DNA from: a virus
UHGV virus genome: UHGV-0218401
DNA: 33,188 nt
Direction: 5' to 3' (one strand)
The notes under the pieces were generated by a model, which saw only the letters and a list, made by a program, of their open reading frames with translations, had not been told where the DNA came from and did no database searches. Shown here one piece after another: positions 8,849-17,032 of the stretch. The position numbers and the translations under genes were made by a program. The number at the start of each line of letters is the position of its first letter. Within the stretch, counting starts at the first letter, position 1.

Positions 8849-9415
8849 TCAGGGGGATTCATTACTCTTATTTGCCGGAAATTTTCTATAAATTGTGGAA
8901 ACACCCACATCAAAAATCAGTGCAATACGCTGTCTTGATTCTCCGGCCTCGAGTAAGCGTCCAATCTGTGCCCACTGTTCGGTAGTCAACTTAGGACGGC
9001 GTCCACCTACTCTGCCTTTGGCGCGAGCTGCAGCAAGCCCCGCCCTGGTACGTTCAACTATCAGTTCGCGTTCCATTTCAGCCAGGGCACCCATGACATG
9101 AAAAAAGAAACGGCCCATTGGGGTACTGGTATCAATACTGTCAGTCAGGCTTCGGAAATTCACACCTCGCTGGCGCAACTCTTCTATCAACGTAACAAGA
9201 TGCCGCATACTGCGCCCCAACCTGTCCAGCTTCCAGACAACCAGCGTGTCTCCTGCCGATAGTGTCCTGAGCAGTTTTTTCAGCCCCGGTCTGTTGGACT
9301 TAGTGCCACTGATTTTGTCCTCAAAAATCCGCTCACATCCCGCGCAGTTCAGTGCATTACGTTGCAAATCGGTGTTCTGGTCATTTGTTGACACGCGTAC
9401 ATAGCCAATAAGCAT
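8849..9415 (-). CDS. Serine recombinase / DNA invertase of the Gin/Pin/Cin/Hin family
   Basis: Translation MLIGYVRVSTNDQNTDLQRNAL...VVWKLDRLGRSM...GRFFFHVMGALAEMERELI is near-identical in its motifs to Mu Gin / e14 Pin (catalytic Ser in YVRVST). ATG at 9415 chosen over the TTG the ORF track starts on. Adjacent to an invertible tail-fibre segment. Confidence 0.9.
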   Translation of the reverse strand: MLIGYVRVSTNDQNTDLQRNALNCAGCERIFEDKISGTKSNRPGLKKLLRTLSAGDTLVVWKLDRLGRSMRHLVTLIEELRQRGVNFRSLTDSIDTSTPMGRFFFHVMGALAEMERELIVERTRAGLAAARAKGRVGGRRPKLTTEQWAQIGRLLEAGESRQRIALIFDVGVSTIYRKFPANKSNESP

Positions 9416-9470
9416 GATCAATCCCCTGAATAAAAACCGGGGATGATGCCAGTTAGCCGTTATCTCTGCA

Positions 9471-9496
9471 TTTTCATAAACGTTGGTTTGGGAGAA
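9471..9496. repeat. Invertase crossover site (gix/hix-like, 26 bp), invertase-proximal end
   Basis: ttttcataaacgTTGGTTTGGGAGAA; its right half is identical to the reverse complement of the site at 10926-10951 and resembles hix/gix half-sites. Confidence 0.6.
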
Positions 9497-9826
9497 GCCA
9501 GATATGTCATTCAGCGAGGAGCTAATGTCAATGGAGCATGGATACGCTGGTCAGATGGTGCAATAGAAGTATTTGGAACTGGTGGTTCCAATGATAATGG
9601 GCTGGCTAAAGTCGTTTATCCAATTGCACTACCTAAGCTTTCACGTTTTATCAGCATAGCGGAAAGAATAAGAACAGATTACGAGGCCACACCTAATAAC
9701 GTTCACGTTTCAATGATCGTGGATGACCAGGTCAGTAATACAGGTTTTTATGTCCGCTGCCAGATGTACGACGGAAGACCATCAACAAGTGCTTTTTCCT
9801 GGAGAGTTTATTGTGCGCCTGTTTAA
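9497..9826 (+). CDS. Alternative (currently silent) tail-fibre variable C-terminal segment
   Basis: Plus-strand frame open through the crossover site and sharing the GLGEAR junction codons with H; no start or promoter of its own in this orientation; about 110 codons to TAA at 9824-9826. Confidence 0.45.
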   Translation, partial: ARYVIQRGANVNGAWIRWSDGAIEVFGTGGSNDNGLAKVVYPIALPKLSRFISIAERIRTDYEATPNNVHVSMIVDDQVSNTGFYVRCQMYDGRPSTSAFSWRVYCAPV

Positions 9827-10010
9827 TCCTGTTACTTTGACTGAAGTAATCCCCGGTCTTCATGACGTGACCGGGGCTGTGGAATTACCAGAAGATAACT
9901 GGTTTTTTACTGCATCTGAAATCCCTGAAGGAATGGAAATATCTGTTAACGAGAAGGGCGAACCCATTCTGATTGAGATTAAACCATCTCAGGTGGAACT
10001 GGCCAGATAA
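9813..10010 (+). CDS. Alternative tail-fibre assembly/chaperone protein (silent orientation)
   Basis: GTG start with GGAGAG RBS 6 nt upstream, overlapping the end of the alternative fibre segment; 65 aa; convergent with the active assembly gene, as U/U' in the Mu G segment. Confidence 0.4.
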   Translation: MRLFNPVTLTEVIPGLHDVTGAVELPEDNWFFTASEIPEGMEISVNEKGEPILIEIKPSQVELAR

Positions 10011-10245
10011 CCCCCGGCGCGGTGCTGGTATCTGCTTCCATCACCGCGTCGATATTACCAACATCATATTCAGTCATTTCCGGTTCCGGTGGTGCTATAA
10101 ACTCTCCGTCAGAATAGAACCAACCGACGCCTGCATCTATATGATCAACATTTATAATTTCGCAATTAGAGAATAAATCACCCTCTCCATCCCAGATAAT
10201 AATATTTTTCACCACGCCATGTTCAATCAGAGCAAAATTACTCAT
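9979..10245 (-). CDS. Tail-fibre assembly/chaperone protein (active orientation; gpG position)
   Basis: 88 aa; ATG overlaps the H stop (ATGA); C-terminus ...TSTAPGVIWPVPPEMV resembles the conserved C-terminal end of tail-fibre assembly proteins. Confidence 0.55.
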   Translation of the reverse strand: MSNFALIEHGVVKNIIIWDGEGDLFSNCEIINVDHIDAGVGWFYSDGEFIAPPEPEMTEYDVGNIDAVMEADTSTAPGVIWPVPPEMV

Positions 10246-11987
10246 CAGGCATACTCCTCAACAATAACTATTCCCGGGGCACCGTCACCTCCCGATTGAG
10301 CCTCACTTCCGGCAGGTGCGCAGGCTCCGCCTCCGCCAGCACCAAAGCCCTCAGCTTTACCACCACCACGTCCTCTGAATGATGAAGAACTTGCACCACC
10401 TATACCGCCTGAACCTAATGGTGTATCCCCCCCGGTACCACCTGCTACAGCTTTAACAGAGATAACCATTGCTCCTGGTGTTTTTGCACTACAGCGAAAT
10501 GCTCTTAGTACAGTGCCGGACGATGTCGGACTGGCACCCCATGAAATACCCTGAATATATGATGTGTTTGCAGATGCTCCCCCCGCGCCACCGCCTGTAC
10601 CACCAGGTGCAGTTATCATGGAACCGAAATAAGTTGTGCCACCTTCACTACCTGAATTTCTTCCGGCTCCCCCCCCTTTACCTGCAGCACCGATAATAAC
10701 GTTGACTTCGAAATCATTATCAACCTCGAAAAATGCTTCAATAAATGCGCCGCTCAATCCAGCTCCGGCTGTTGCCTGCTGATTTTCTGTTGTTTCAGGA
10801 ACCCCACCGCCGCCGCCGCCACCACCAGAGGCAATGACCCTTATCTTTTTTGTCCCTGGTGTTGGGATATATTTTCCAGAGCTTTTAAAAATATTCGTGT
10901 TTAACAAACGACCAGAGAATCTGGCTTCTCCCAAACCAAGGTATGCGAGAAGACCAGTTACATCCTTTCCACTCAAATTAGTCAACGTATTGTCCAGCGG
11001 TTGTTTACCTGCCAGCGCATTAAGCATTGTCGTGGCAAAGTTCGGATCATTCCCCAGTGCCGCCGCCAGTTCGTTCAGTGTATCCAGTGCCGCAGGTGCA
11101 GAACCCACCATTGCTGCAATCGCTGATTTCACAAAAGCCGTAGTGGCAATCTGTGTATTGTTGACCGACTGCGCCGCCGTGGGGGCTGTTGGCGTTCCGG
11201 TGAGTACCGGACTCGACAGCGGCGCTTTCAGTGCCAGCGCATTGTTAATGGTGGTACTGAATTTCGGATCATTGTTAATGGCTACGGCTATTTCTTTCAG
11301 CGTGTCCAGCGTGGCTGGCGCACCATTAATAAGAGCCGTCAGTGCCGCCTGAACAAATGCTGTGGTCGCAAGCTGCGTGGTATTATTCCCCGCCGCTGGC
11401 GTTGGCGCTTTGGGGGTTCCGGTAAACGTCGGACTTTCTTTGGGTGCATACTGTGAATGCGGGTCCGGTGCGGCAAGATGTTTTGCCATCAGGTCATCCA
11501 CGTACACCTTCAACTCCAGTGCTTTGTCATCCACATACTTGCGGGTTGCCAGCACTACAGCAGGGTCGATTTTCAGGGTGATATTGTCCGTGCTGCTGGT
11601 TATCAGCACCATGCGCACGGTCTGGGTGCGCCCGCTGCCTTCAGCCAGTTGCGGCTTATAGCTTTCCGGGCAGTTGCCCACGGCAATCAATGCCCCGGAC
11701 TCATCAAACAGGCCCACTTCACGGATCCACCAACCGCCCTCGTTTTCAGGGATCACCTGTTCGGCAATAATCTGGCTGCTGTTCTGCGGGTCGATATAGA
11801 GCATATTCAGCGCAGCCCGGCGTTTCTCATTTACCAGTGCAGTCTGCTTTGCGTCCGGCGTTGGCAATCTTCCGCCGCCATCGCCGACCGCCATATGGGT
11901 AATTTTTAACGGCACACCGAGCGCGGCGGCGCTGGCAAGTTTCGCCGCGCCAATATCCGTCAGCAGGGTATAAAATTTTGTGCTCAT
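10245..11987 (-). CDS. H: Tail fibre protein (P2 gpH-like): constant N-terminal part plus invertible Gly-rich C-terminal part
   Basis: 580 aa; ATG overlaps the I stop; two tandem tail-fibre repeat units of about 60 aa (ATTAFV...); crossover site at codons 346-354; C-terminal 225 aa is Gly-rich (run of 8 Gly). Confidence 0.85.
   Translation of the reverse strand: MSTKFYTLLTDIGAAKLASAAALGVPLKITHMAVGDGGGRLPTPDAKQTALVNEKRRAALNMLYIDPQNSSQIIAEQVIPENEGGWWIREVGLFDESGALIAVGNCPESYKPQLAEGSGRTQTVRMVLITSSTDNITLKIDPAVVLATRKYVDDKALELKVYVDDLMAKHLAAPDPHSQYAPKESPTFTGTPKAPTPAAGNNTTQLATTAFVQAALTALINGAPATLDTLKEIAVAINNDPKFSTTINNALALKAPLSSPVLTGTPTAPTAAQSVNNTQIATTAFVKSAIAAMVGSAPAALDTLNELAAALGNDPNFATTMLNALAGKQPLDNTLTNLSGKDVTGLLAYLGLGEARFSGRLLNTNIFKSSGKYIPTPGTKKIRVIASGGGGGGGGVPETTENQQATAGAGLSGAFIEAFFEVDNDFEVNVIIGAAGKGGGAGRNSGSEGGTTYFGSMITAPGGTGGGAGGASANTSYIQGISWGASPTSSGTVLRAFRCSAKTPGAMVISVKAVAGGTGGDTPLGSGGIGGASSSSFRGRGGGKAEGFGAGGGGACAPAGSEAQSGGDGAPGIVIVEEYA
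10926..10951. repeat. Invertase crossover site (26 bp) inside tail-fibre gene H
   Basis: TTCTCCCAAACCAAggtatgcgagaa; inverted relative to 9471-9496 with 14 bp identical; lies in H codons for LGLGEAR at the constant/variable junction. Confidence 0.6.
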
Positions 11988-12589
11988 GGATTCACTCTCA
12001 TTGTGTCAATAACATGGACCGCCCCGCCTTCATGCACGGTGCCGCCAGAAATAATTGTTTCGTTGATATACGGATAGATCGTGATTTCTTCGCCAAGATA
12101 GCTTGCAGCCCCCACCCAATGCGGACCGCTGGTCTGCAGATTGATGGACATGCCGATCATGTGACGGCTACATGGTTTGGCATCGCTTATCAGCCGCTCA
12201 AGTTCCAGATAGGTATCTTCAGTGATGCCCTGGTCCTGCACGCCGATATCCAGGCGAAACGTGCCCGGTGTTTCTCCGGTCTGCCACCACTCAATAATGC
12301 GGATCAGGAATCCGAACGGTTCCACCACCCGCCGCACGGCACTGGTGGTTCCTTTATGCTGATGAATATAAAAAGCATCCTTCACTACCTGGCGTTTGAC
12401 GCTTTCTGTCCAGCCCTCGTCCCAGCGATCCACAGAGAACGCCCAGGCGAGATAAGGCAGGAAGCTGACCGGACAGGTAGCCGGATTCCACAAATCACGA
12501 AGCGGCACCTGCAGATCAGAAATCCCGCTGCAGGTTTGCGCCAGTCGGCGCTCCAGTGGTGTTGAACCCGGTGGCAGCAGACTATTCAT
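11984..12589 (-). CDS. I: Baseplate assembly protein (P2 gpI-like)
   Basis: 201 aa; GGAGGA RBS; overlaps J stop and H start; P2 order J-I-H. Confidence 0.8.
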   Translation of the reverse strand: MNSLLPPGSTPLERRLAQTCSGISDLQVPLRDLWNPATCPVSFLPYLAWAFSVDRWDEGWTESVKRQVVKDAFYIHQHKGTTSAVRRVVEPFGFLIRIIEWWQTGETPGTFRLDIGVQDQGITEDTYLELERLISDAKPCSRHMIGMSINLQTSGPHWVGAASYLGEEITIYPYINETIISGGTVHEGGAVHVIDTMRVNP

Positions 12590-13490
12590 CCGTTCCTCCG
12601 TTGGTTACGCTCCACTGCGTACATGATGCCGCCTGTGTTTTGTTCAGGACCACATCCGCCAGAGGAGAAGCCAGCTCCACACGCTGCACACCCTCAACAT
12701 GCAGGGCGGCAAAGATGGCGCTACGGCGAATATCCCGCCCAAGACGCGTCTGACTGGCGATGTACTTCTGCAGGCTGGCTTTTGCCGCTGCCATTACCGG
12801 CTCTGCTTCCGGTCCCGGATAGAGAAAAATGCTGGCTTCCACGCGATACGGGATGATTTCTGCGCTGCGAACCGTCAGACGGTCAGCCACCGGGCGGACG
12901 TTCTCACTGTTCAGAGCTTTTTCCACCACGTCCAGCAGGTCTTTTTCTGCAGTTCCGTCGCCTTCGCGACTCAGGACAGTCAGCACCACCTCTGCAGGTG
13001 CCGGACTGGTTGCACTGGCATCCGCCACCCGACCGTCGGCGCTTCGGGCATGAAATTCATAAGCTGCAGTTGGCCCCGCAACTGATAGCCCTTCAAAGGC
13101 TGCAGCCACACGCAGGCGTAACGCTTCATCACTTTCCATCACAGCCGCGACGGGCGGCACAGCGTCATTATCAGCAGGCGTCACCGTCAGGCGTTTCACG
13201 TTGTAATTGGCAGCGAGCTGGTCCAGATCGCTCCCTATGGCATAAGCCGCCATCACCGCCTGCGCGGCTTCGTTAATGCGCTGGCGCAGAAGCAACTCAC
13301 GATAAGCGTTCTCCTGCAACAATTTGGTGACGGGTTCAGATTCCAGTTCCAGCGTGCGGATCACTGCTTCCTGCTCATCTTTCGGATGAAGCGCCACAAA
13401 TTCTGCCTTGCGTTCGGCAAGCAGCGTCTCAAAGTCCGGCACATCCACAATCTGCGGCGCAGGCAACTGCGAAAGGTCAATCACTGCCAT
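12582..13490 (-). CDS. J: Baseplate protein J (P2 gpJ-like, 302 aa)
   Basis: ORF track starts at an upstream GTG; the ATG at 13490 (MAVIDLSQLPAPQIV...) with AGGAG RBS gives 302 aa, as P2 gpJ. Confidence 0.8.
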   Translation of the reverse strand: MAVIDLSQLPAPQIVDVPDFETLLAERKAEFVALHPKDEQEAVIRTLELESEPVTKLLQENAYRELLLRQRINEAAQAVMAAYAIGSDLDQLAANYNVKRLTVTPADNDAVPPVAAVMESDEALRLRVAAAFEGLSVAGPTAAYEFHARSADGRVADASATSPAPAEVVLTVLSREGDGTAEKDLLDVVEKALNSENVRPVADRLTVRSAEIIPYRVEASIFLYPGPEAEPVMAAAKASLQKYIASQTRLGRDIRRSAIFAALHVEGVQRVELASPLADVVLNKTQAASCTQWSVTNGGTDE

Positions 13491-13836
13491 TCTCTGCTCC
13501 TGTTGATACGGAAAGGGAAACAGGCACACCGTTATTACGCCGCCCGATCAGCTCCACCACCATTGAACCGTCAAAATTGCTATTGATGGTGATGGAATCC
13601 AGCGTCAGCCGTGGCTCCCAGCGACTCAGCGCCACATACACTGCCGACATGACCTGCAGGCGTAATGCCGGATTTTGTGGCTGGTCTATCAGTGTCGACA
13701 GCAGGGAACCATATTCACGACGGGCAATGCGGCTACCCTGCGGTGTCAGTAGAATGTCCCGCACCGACTGACGCAGATGGTCAATATCAGTAATGGCTTT
13801 ACCGCTGGTATTGTTCATCCCGCTATAAAGCGTCAT
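13477..13836 (-). CDS. W: Baseplate wedge protein W (gp25/GPW family)
   Basis: 119 aa; ATG overlaps the V stop; P2 order V-W-J. Confidence 0.8.
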   Translation of the reverse strand: MTLYSGMNNTSGKAITDIDHLRQSVRDILLTPQGSRIARREYGSLLSTLIDQPQNPALRLQVMSAVYVALSRWEPRLTLDSITINSNFDGSMVVELIGRRNNGVPVSLSVSTGAENGSD

Positions 13837-14411
13837 ACCGGGCCTCCGGTTGTGTCGCCGCCTTTCAGGACGCCAGTATGCTGATGTGCATCAACCACAA
13901 TTCCGTTAGAACTCATTGCACCGCCGCCCTGGGTAACACCACCATTGATCACTACTTCGCTGTTAATGCGTGTGCGGTCAGCCTCCAGTACAAACTCACT
14001 GGTTTTCATGGTGATATTGTCGGCGGTCTCAATGACCATTGATTTGATGCCCCTGACATACCAGCGCCCGGTGGCGGGTTCGTATTCAAACCAGCCGCCG
14101 TCAGGATGCTCTGTCACGCAGGCATCCGCCGACGTCGACGGTGGTGCGAACTGATTCGAATAGATGGCGGGCAGCGCAAACGCGGTTTCAAGATTTCCGC
14201 CCAGACTCAGCAGCACCACCTGCTCACCTTCCGATGGTTTCCACCATGTGCGGGCATTCCCGGCACGCAGCGTCAGCCAGCTGATCCAGTTGGTTTCGAG
14301 GTCGCCAGTTTTCACCCGACACAGCCAGTTTGCCCTGTCCACTTCGGTGACTACACCTGTGCGGATCAGGTTGGTGATAAGGCGCATGATTTCGGTTAAT
14401 TGTGCGTTCAT
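13833..14411 (-). CDS. V: Baseplate spike protein V (P2 gpV-like)
   Basis: Start placed at the internal ATG (MNAQLTEIMRLITNL...); the 80-codon N-terminal extension in the ORF track runs into AT-rich intergenic DNA and across the late-promoter dyad, so is probably not coding. Confidence 0.75.
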   Translation of the reverse strand: MNAQLTEIMRLITNLIRTGVVTEVDRANWLCRVKTGDLETNWISWLTLRAGNARTWWKPSEGEQVVLLSLGGNLETAFALPAIYSNQFAPPSTSADACVTEHPDGGWFEYEPATGRWYVRGIKSMVIETADNITMKTSEFVLEADRTRINSEVVINGGVTQGGGAMSSNGIVVDAHQHTGVLKGGDTTGGPV

Positions 14412-14457
14412 AGATATATGATGACAGCTGAAAACTTGTTTATAACTTCTTGCAAAT

Positions 14458-14475
14458 TGTGGTATCGATGGTACA
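14458..14475. promoter_or_regulatory. Ogr-dependent late promoter dyad (TGT-N12-ACA) for the V-W-J-I-H-G operon
   Basis: tgtGGTATCGATGGTaca, centred about 55 nt upstream of the chosen V start; perfect dyad. Confidence 0.45.
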
Positions 14476-14514
14476 AATTGATAAAAGGATAAAAAACAAC
14501 CAATAGGTGGATAA

Positions 14515-15321
14515 ATGAGTGTTATGAATCCAATAAGTTCTAATATATTTAATGCTGAATTTTTAAACACCCCGGCAGCGGCACTTGCCGCATGGATTTC
14601 CATTATTGGAGCTGTTATAACTTTGGTGACGATAGTTATAAGAGCACTATTCAAATATAGAAAATCTCATGATGTAATTTTGAAAAAATCAGGAATACCT
14701 GCGTTTATATTAAATTTTTTTCTTATACGAATATCATTAAAAAGGCTGCCTACTATCACATGGGCTGAAAAATCAATCACGGTTCTCTTTTCACTTCTTT
14801 TTTTGTGTGCAATTTATATTTTTGGTCCAGTTTTCATCCAAGCCATTAGAACCCCACCAAATAGCACATTGCTTTATTGGATAAAATCCGGTGAATCATT
14901 TTATATGTCAAAAAAACTGGCGACTGCAGCTACAATATTAACCACTCCTGATTGGGAAATATCAAAGGATGATTGCGAAGAGTCATCCTCTGCCAGTACA
15001 GAGAAGTACAAATCATTAACTATCGAACATAAAGAAATTCTTTGTAAACTACTAACCACTGATGAAGGGAATGCTTACATTGATGAAGAAGTCAAGAATT
15101 TCGTTAAAGACAAATTCTTTATCTATTCCTTTGCCCCAACAACCATATTTATTCTATTATGGATTTCTTTGGGTTTTATACTGACCATTCACTATTCTAA
15201 AAAAGTTAGGAAATATATTCTGACTGAACAAAAAAATGCAATTCATTGGGCATATGGTGAATTCAAGACAGAAGGAATCTATTCAATATATCAAGAGTTA
15301 GAACGTAAGACTCACCATTAA
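14515..15321 (+). CDS. AT-rich moron: polytopic membrane protein of unknown function (268 aa)
   Basis: ATG with AGGTGGA RBS; several hydrophobic helices (e.g. AALAAWISIIGAVITLVTIVIRALF, ITVLFSLLFLCAIYIFGPVF, TTIFILLWISLGFILTIHY); strongly AT-rich; divergent from V and convergent with S; occupies the S-V position where P2 carries orf30. Confidence 0.7.
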   Translation: MSVMNPISSNIFNAEFLNTPAAALAAWISIIGAVITLVTIVIRALFKYRKSHDVILKKSGIPAFILNFFLIRISLKRLPTITWAEKSITVLFSLLFLCAIYIFGPVFIQAIRTPPNSTLLYWIKSGESFYMSKKLATAATILTTPDWEISKDDCEESSSASTEKYKSLTIEHKEILCKLLTTDEGNAYIDEEVKNFVKDKFFIYSFAPTTIFILLWISLGFILTIHYSKKVRKYILTEQKNAIHWAYGEFKTEGIYSIYQELERKTHH

Positions 15322-15709
15322 GACCCAACAAACGACGCTCTGCGTAACGCACTTCCGGTCCTTTGCGGCTGACGCGATCGCGCAGGCCATAATGGTGAAC
15401 GCGGGCAATGCGCTGCACCTTACTTTCAAACTGTACGCTGGCAGAGTCGGCGCTGGCGGCGGTTTTCAGGTATTTGGTGGTGCGCAGCTTTGCAAACATC
15501 TGACGTTTGATGCGGCCTTTTTTACTGCGCGCCGTGACCTTGCGCGGTTCATAACTGCTGCCATCTGGATTGCGCTGCATCCTGATATTCTGCTGCTGTG
15601 TCCGGCGCAGTTCCTGCGCCAGCTGGCGCATCATGCGGCTTCTTGCGACTGGTTCCAGATTCGCCAGTAAGGCACTAAGCCAGTCGTCCACTTTCTGCAG
15701 TTCAGCCAC
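15263..15709 (-). CDS. S: Tail completion protein S (P2 gpS-like)
   Basis: 148 aa; GTG start overlapping the R stop; last about 20 codons lie in the AT-rich moron DNA and overlap the moron 3' end. Confidence 0.75.
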   Translation of the reverse strand: MAELQKVDDWLSALLANLEPVARSRMMRQLAQELRRTQQQNIRMQRNPDGSSYEPRKVTARSKKGRIKRQMFAKLRTTKYLKTAASADSASVQFESKVQRIARVHHYGLRDRVSRKGPEVRYAERRLLGLNGESYVLTLDILNRFLLS

Positions 15710-16133
15710 GTTTCACCGTCCACATTTCTTCAGGTTCATCAGGTTCCGCTATAGCTTCAACGCTCGACACACTGCCGTCAGTGCTGACCAGCACACGCTC
15801 CGTCAGTTGCAGGTTGAGGCTGATATCACAGACATCGTTGCGCAGAATATCCACCTCAAAGGTGAATAGCTTTTCCCGTAACGCCGGGTTATTGATGGCA
15901 TCGGGCTGGTTATCACGCAGCCACAGCAAAACCGGGGCCATCAGCAGATTCTGGTCGCCGCTGAAATCCTCAATCACCACGTTCAGGGTGTAGCGGTACT
16001 CCCATGACATGGAGCTGGCCCCCGTGGCAACCAGCGAACCGTTATCCACAAACAGATGCAGTTTGTCCGGGTTATTTCGGACATAAGGCACCGCTTTCTT
16101 GAGGGCGTGGCGCAGGGATTGTGGTTTGTTCAC
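15702..16133 (-). CDS. R: Tail completion protein R (P2 gpR-like)
   Basis: Start refined to the GTG at 16133 (AGGAG RBS 7 nt upstream), giving (M)NKPQSLRHALKKAV..., which matches the P2 gpR N-terminus as recalled; 143 aa. Confidence 0.8.
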   Translation of the reverse strand: MNKPQSLRHALKKAVPYVRNNPDKLHLFVDNGSLVATGASSMSWEYRYTLNVVIEDFSGDQNLLMAPVLLWLRDNQPDAINNPALREKLFTFEVDILRNDVCDISLNLQLTERVLVSTDGSVSSVEAIAEPDEPEEMWTVKRG

Positions 16134-16386
16134 TGTTTCGCTCCTGACACGCAATAATCATGTCCACTTTGTCTGCACAGACCGCCCAGGCGGCCTCCGT
16201 TTCATCCAGCAACTCGTTCAGGTCACCGTTAGTGCGCGGCGCTGCCTGCCCCAGCCGACACGGCGTCACTCGCGGACAACCACTGACGGTAAGCTGCACC
16301 TCCGGTGAGTGCCGGACGTTCCCGCAGCCGGATAATGTCAGCAGGCAAAGGAGTATCAGCCCAGCGGCGTAAATCCTCGTTCTCAC
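16072..16386 (-). CDS. lysC: Outer-membrane spanin lipoprotein (LysC / Rz1-like)
   Basis: Signal peptide with lipobox LTLSG|C; Pro-rich mature part; out of frame within the 3' part of lysB and extending into R, the typical Rz/Rz1 overlap. Confidence 0.65.
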   Translation of the reverse strand: MRTRIYAAGLILLCLLTLSGCGNVRHSPEVQLTVSGCPRVTPCRLGQAAPRTNGDLNELLDETEAAWAVCADKVDMIIACQERNSEQTTIPAPRPQESGALCPK

Positions 16387-16657
16387 GTTTCAGTTCCTCG
16401 ATCCGGCGTTGTCGTTGTCTCAGCTGTGCGCTGGTCTGTTCTGCTTCGGCATAGAGCCGCGCCTGCTCCCGGTTATTGGTTTCAGTCAGAATGGACAGGC
16501 TGATAAGCTGGCTGTTGCTCTTTGCCAGTGCCTGGCTTTTGCTCTGCAGCTCGTCTGCCTGCGTGCTGATGGTCTGGCTGGCATCAGCCAGCCGCCACGT
16601 CTGCCAGCCCAGCGCCGCCAGTAATAAAGCCAGCACAACCAGCAGCAACCGGTTCAT
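16229..16657 (-). CDS. lysB: Inner-membrane spanin (LysB / Rz-like)
   Basis: N-terminal TM helix (LLLVVLALLLAALGW) followed by a coiled-coil-like charged periplasmic region; follows lysA. Confidence 0.75.
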   Translation of the reverse strand: MNRLLLVVLALLLAALGWQTWRLADASQTISTQADELQSKSQALAKSNSQLISLSILTETNNREQARLYAEAEQTSAQLRQRQRRIEELKRENEDLRRWADTPLPADIIRLRERPALTGGAAYRQWLSASDAVSAGAGSAAH

Positions 16658-17031
16658 GCTGCTACCTGTTGCGCCATCTGATTACGGGTGATCCAGAAGG
16701 CAATAACGGTCAGTAGATAAAAGACTAGGGTAATAGCCCACCCCGTCCAGGCGAGACTTACAACAATCAGCAATCGCATCACCCAACTGGTAAATACGTT
16801 TTCTTTTCGGGTAATTGTCTTCAGCAAAGATGCCCTTAACTCCTGCCAGAGCGGGCCATTCTTAATTAACGCAGCCAGTGCTACCGGAATTACCGCCCAT
16901 GTCAGCAAACAGGCTACCCAAACGCCGGACGCTGCCAGTACCGGAAAAATCCCCTGCGGATACACCATTGCTGCGATTAACAGCGCCATCCATAACATCA
17001 GAAACAGTCCGCTGATTAATTTCTTTTTCAT
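16654..17031 (-). CDS. lysA: LysA-like membrane protein (lysis timing/antiholin-like)
   Basis: Start taken at the ATG at 17031 (MKKKLISGLF...) with GGGAG RBS; four predicted TM helices; immediately after the endolysin stop. Confidence 0.65.
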   Translation of the reverse strand: MKKKLISGLFLMLWMALLIAAMVYPQGIFPVLAASGVWVACLLTWAVIPVALAALIKNGPLWQELRASLLKTITRKENVFTSWVMRLLIVVSLAWTGWAITLVFYLLTVIAFWITRNQMAQQVAA

Positions 17032-17032
17032 T

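Larger units (their letters stand above)
9471..10951. mobile_element. Invertible tail-fibre segment (G-segment / Min-like, about 1.48 kb)
   Basis: Bounded by inverted crossover sites; contains the variable C-terminus of H plus an assembly-protein gene on the minus strand and a promoterless alternative C-terminus plus assembly gene on the plus strand; invertase gene immediately adjacent. Confidence 0.6.

Noticed and set aside
9443-9496. ATG at 9443 as a true start of the plus-strand alternative fibre ORF
   Set aside because: It lies outside or across the crossover site with no RBS or promoter. The frame is more plausibly expressed only as a fusion to the constant part of H after inversion.
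14412-14654. 80-codon N-terminal extension of V given by the ORF track (273-aa version)
   Set aside because: The extension runs through AT-rich intergenic DNA, across the late-promoter dyad and the divergent moron promoter; the internal ATG gives a protein of the expected size.
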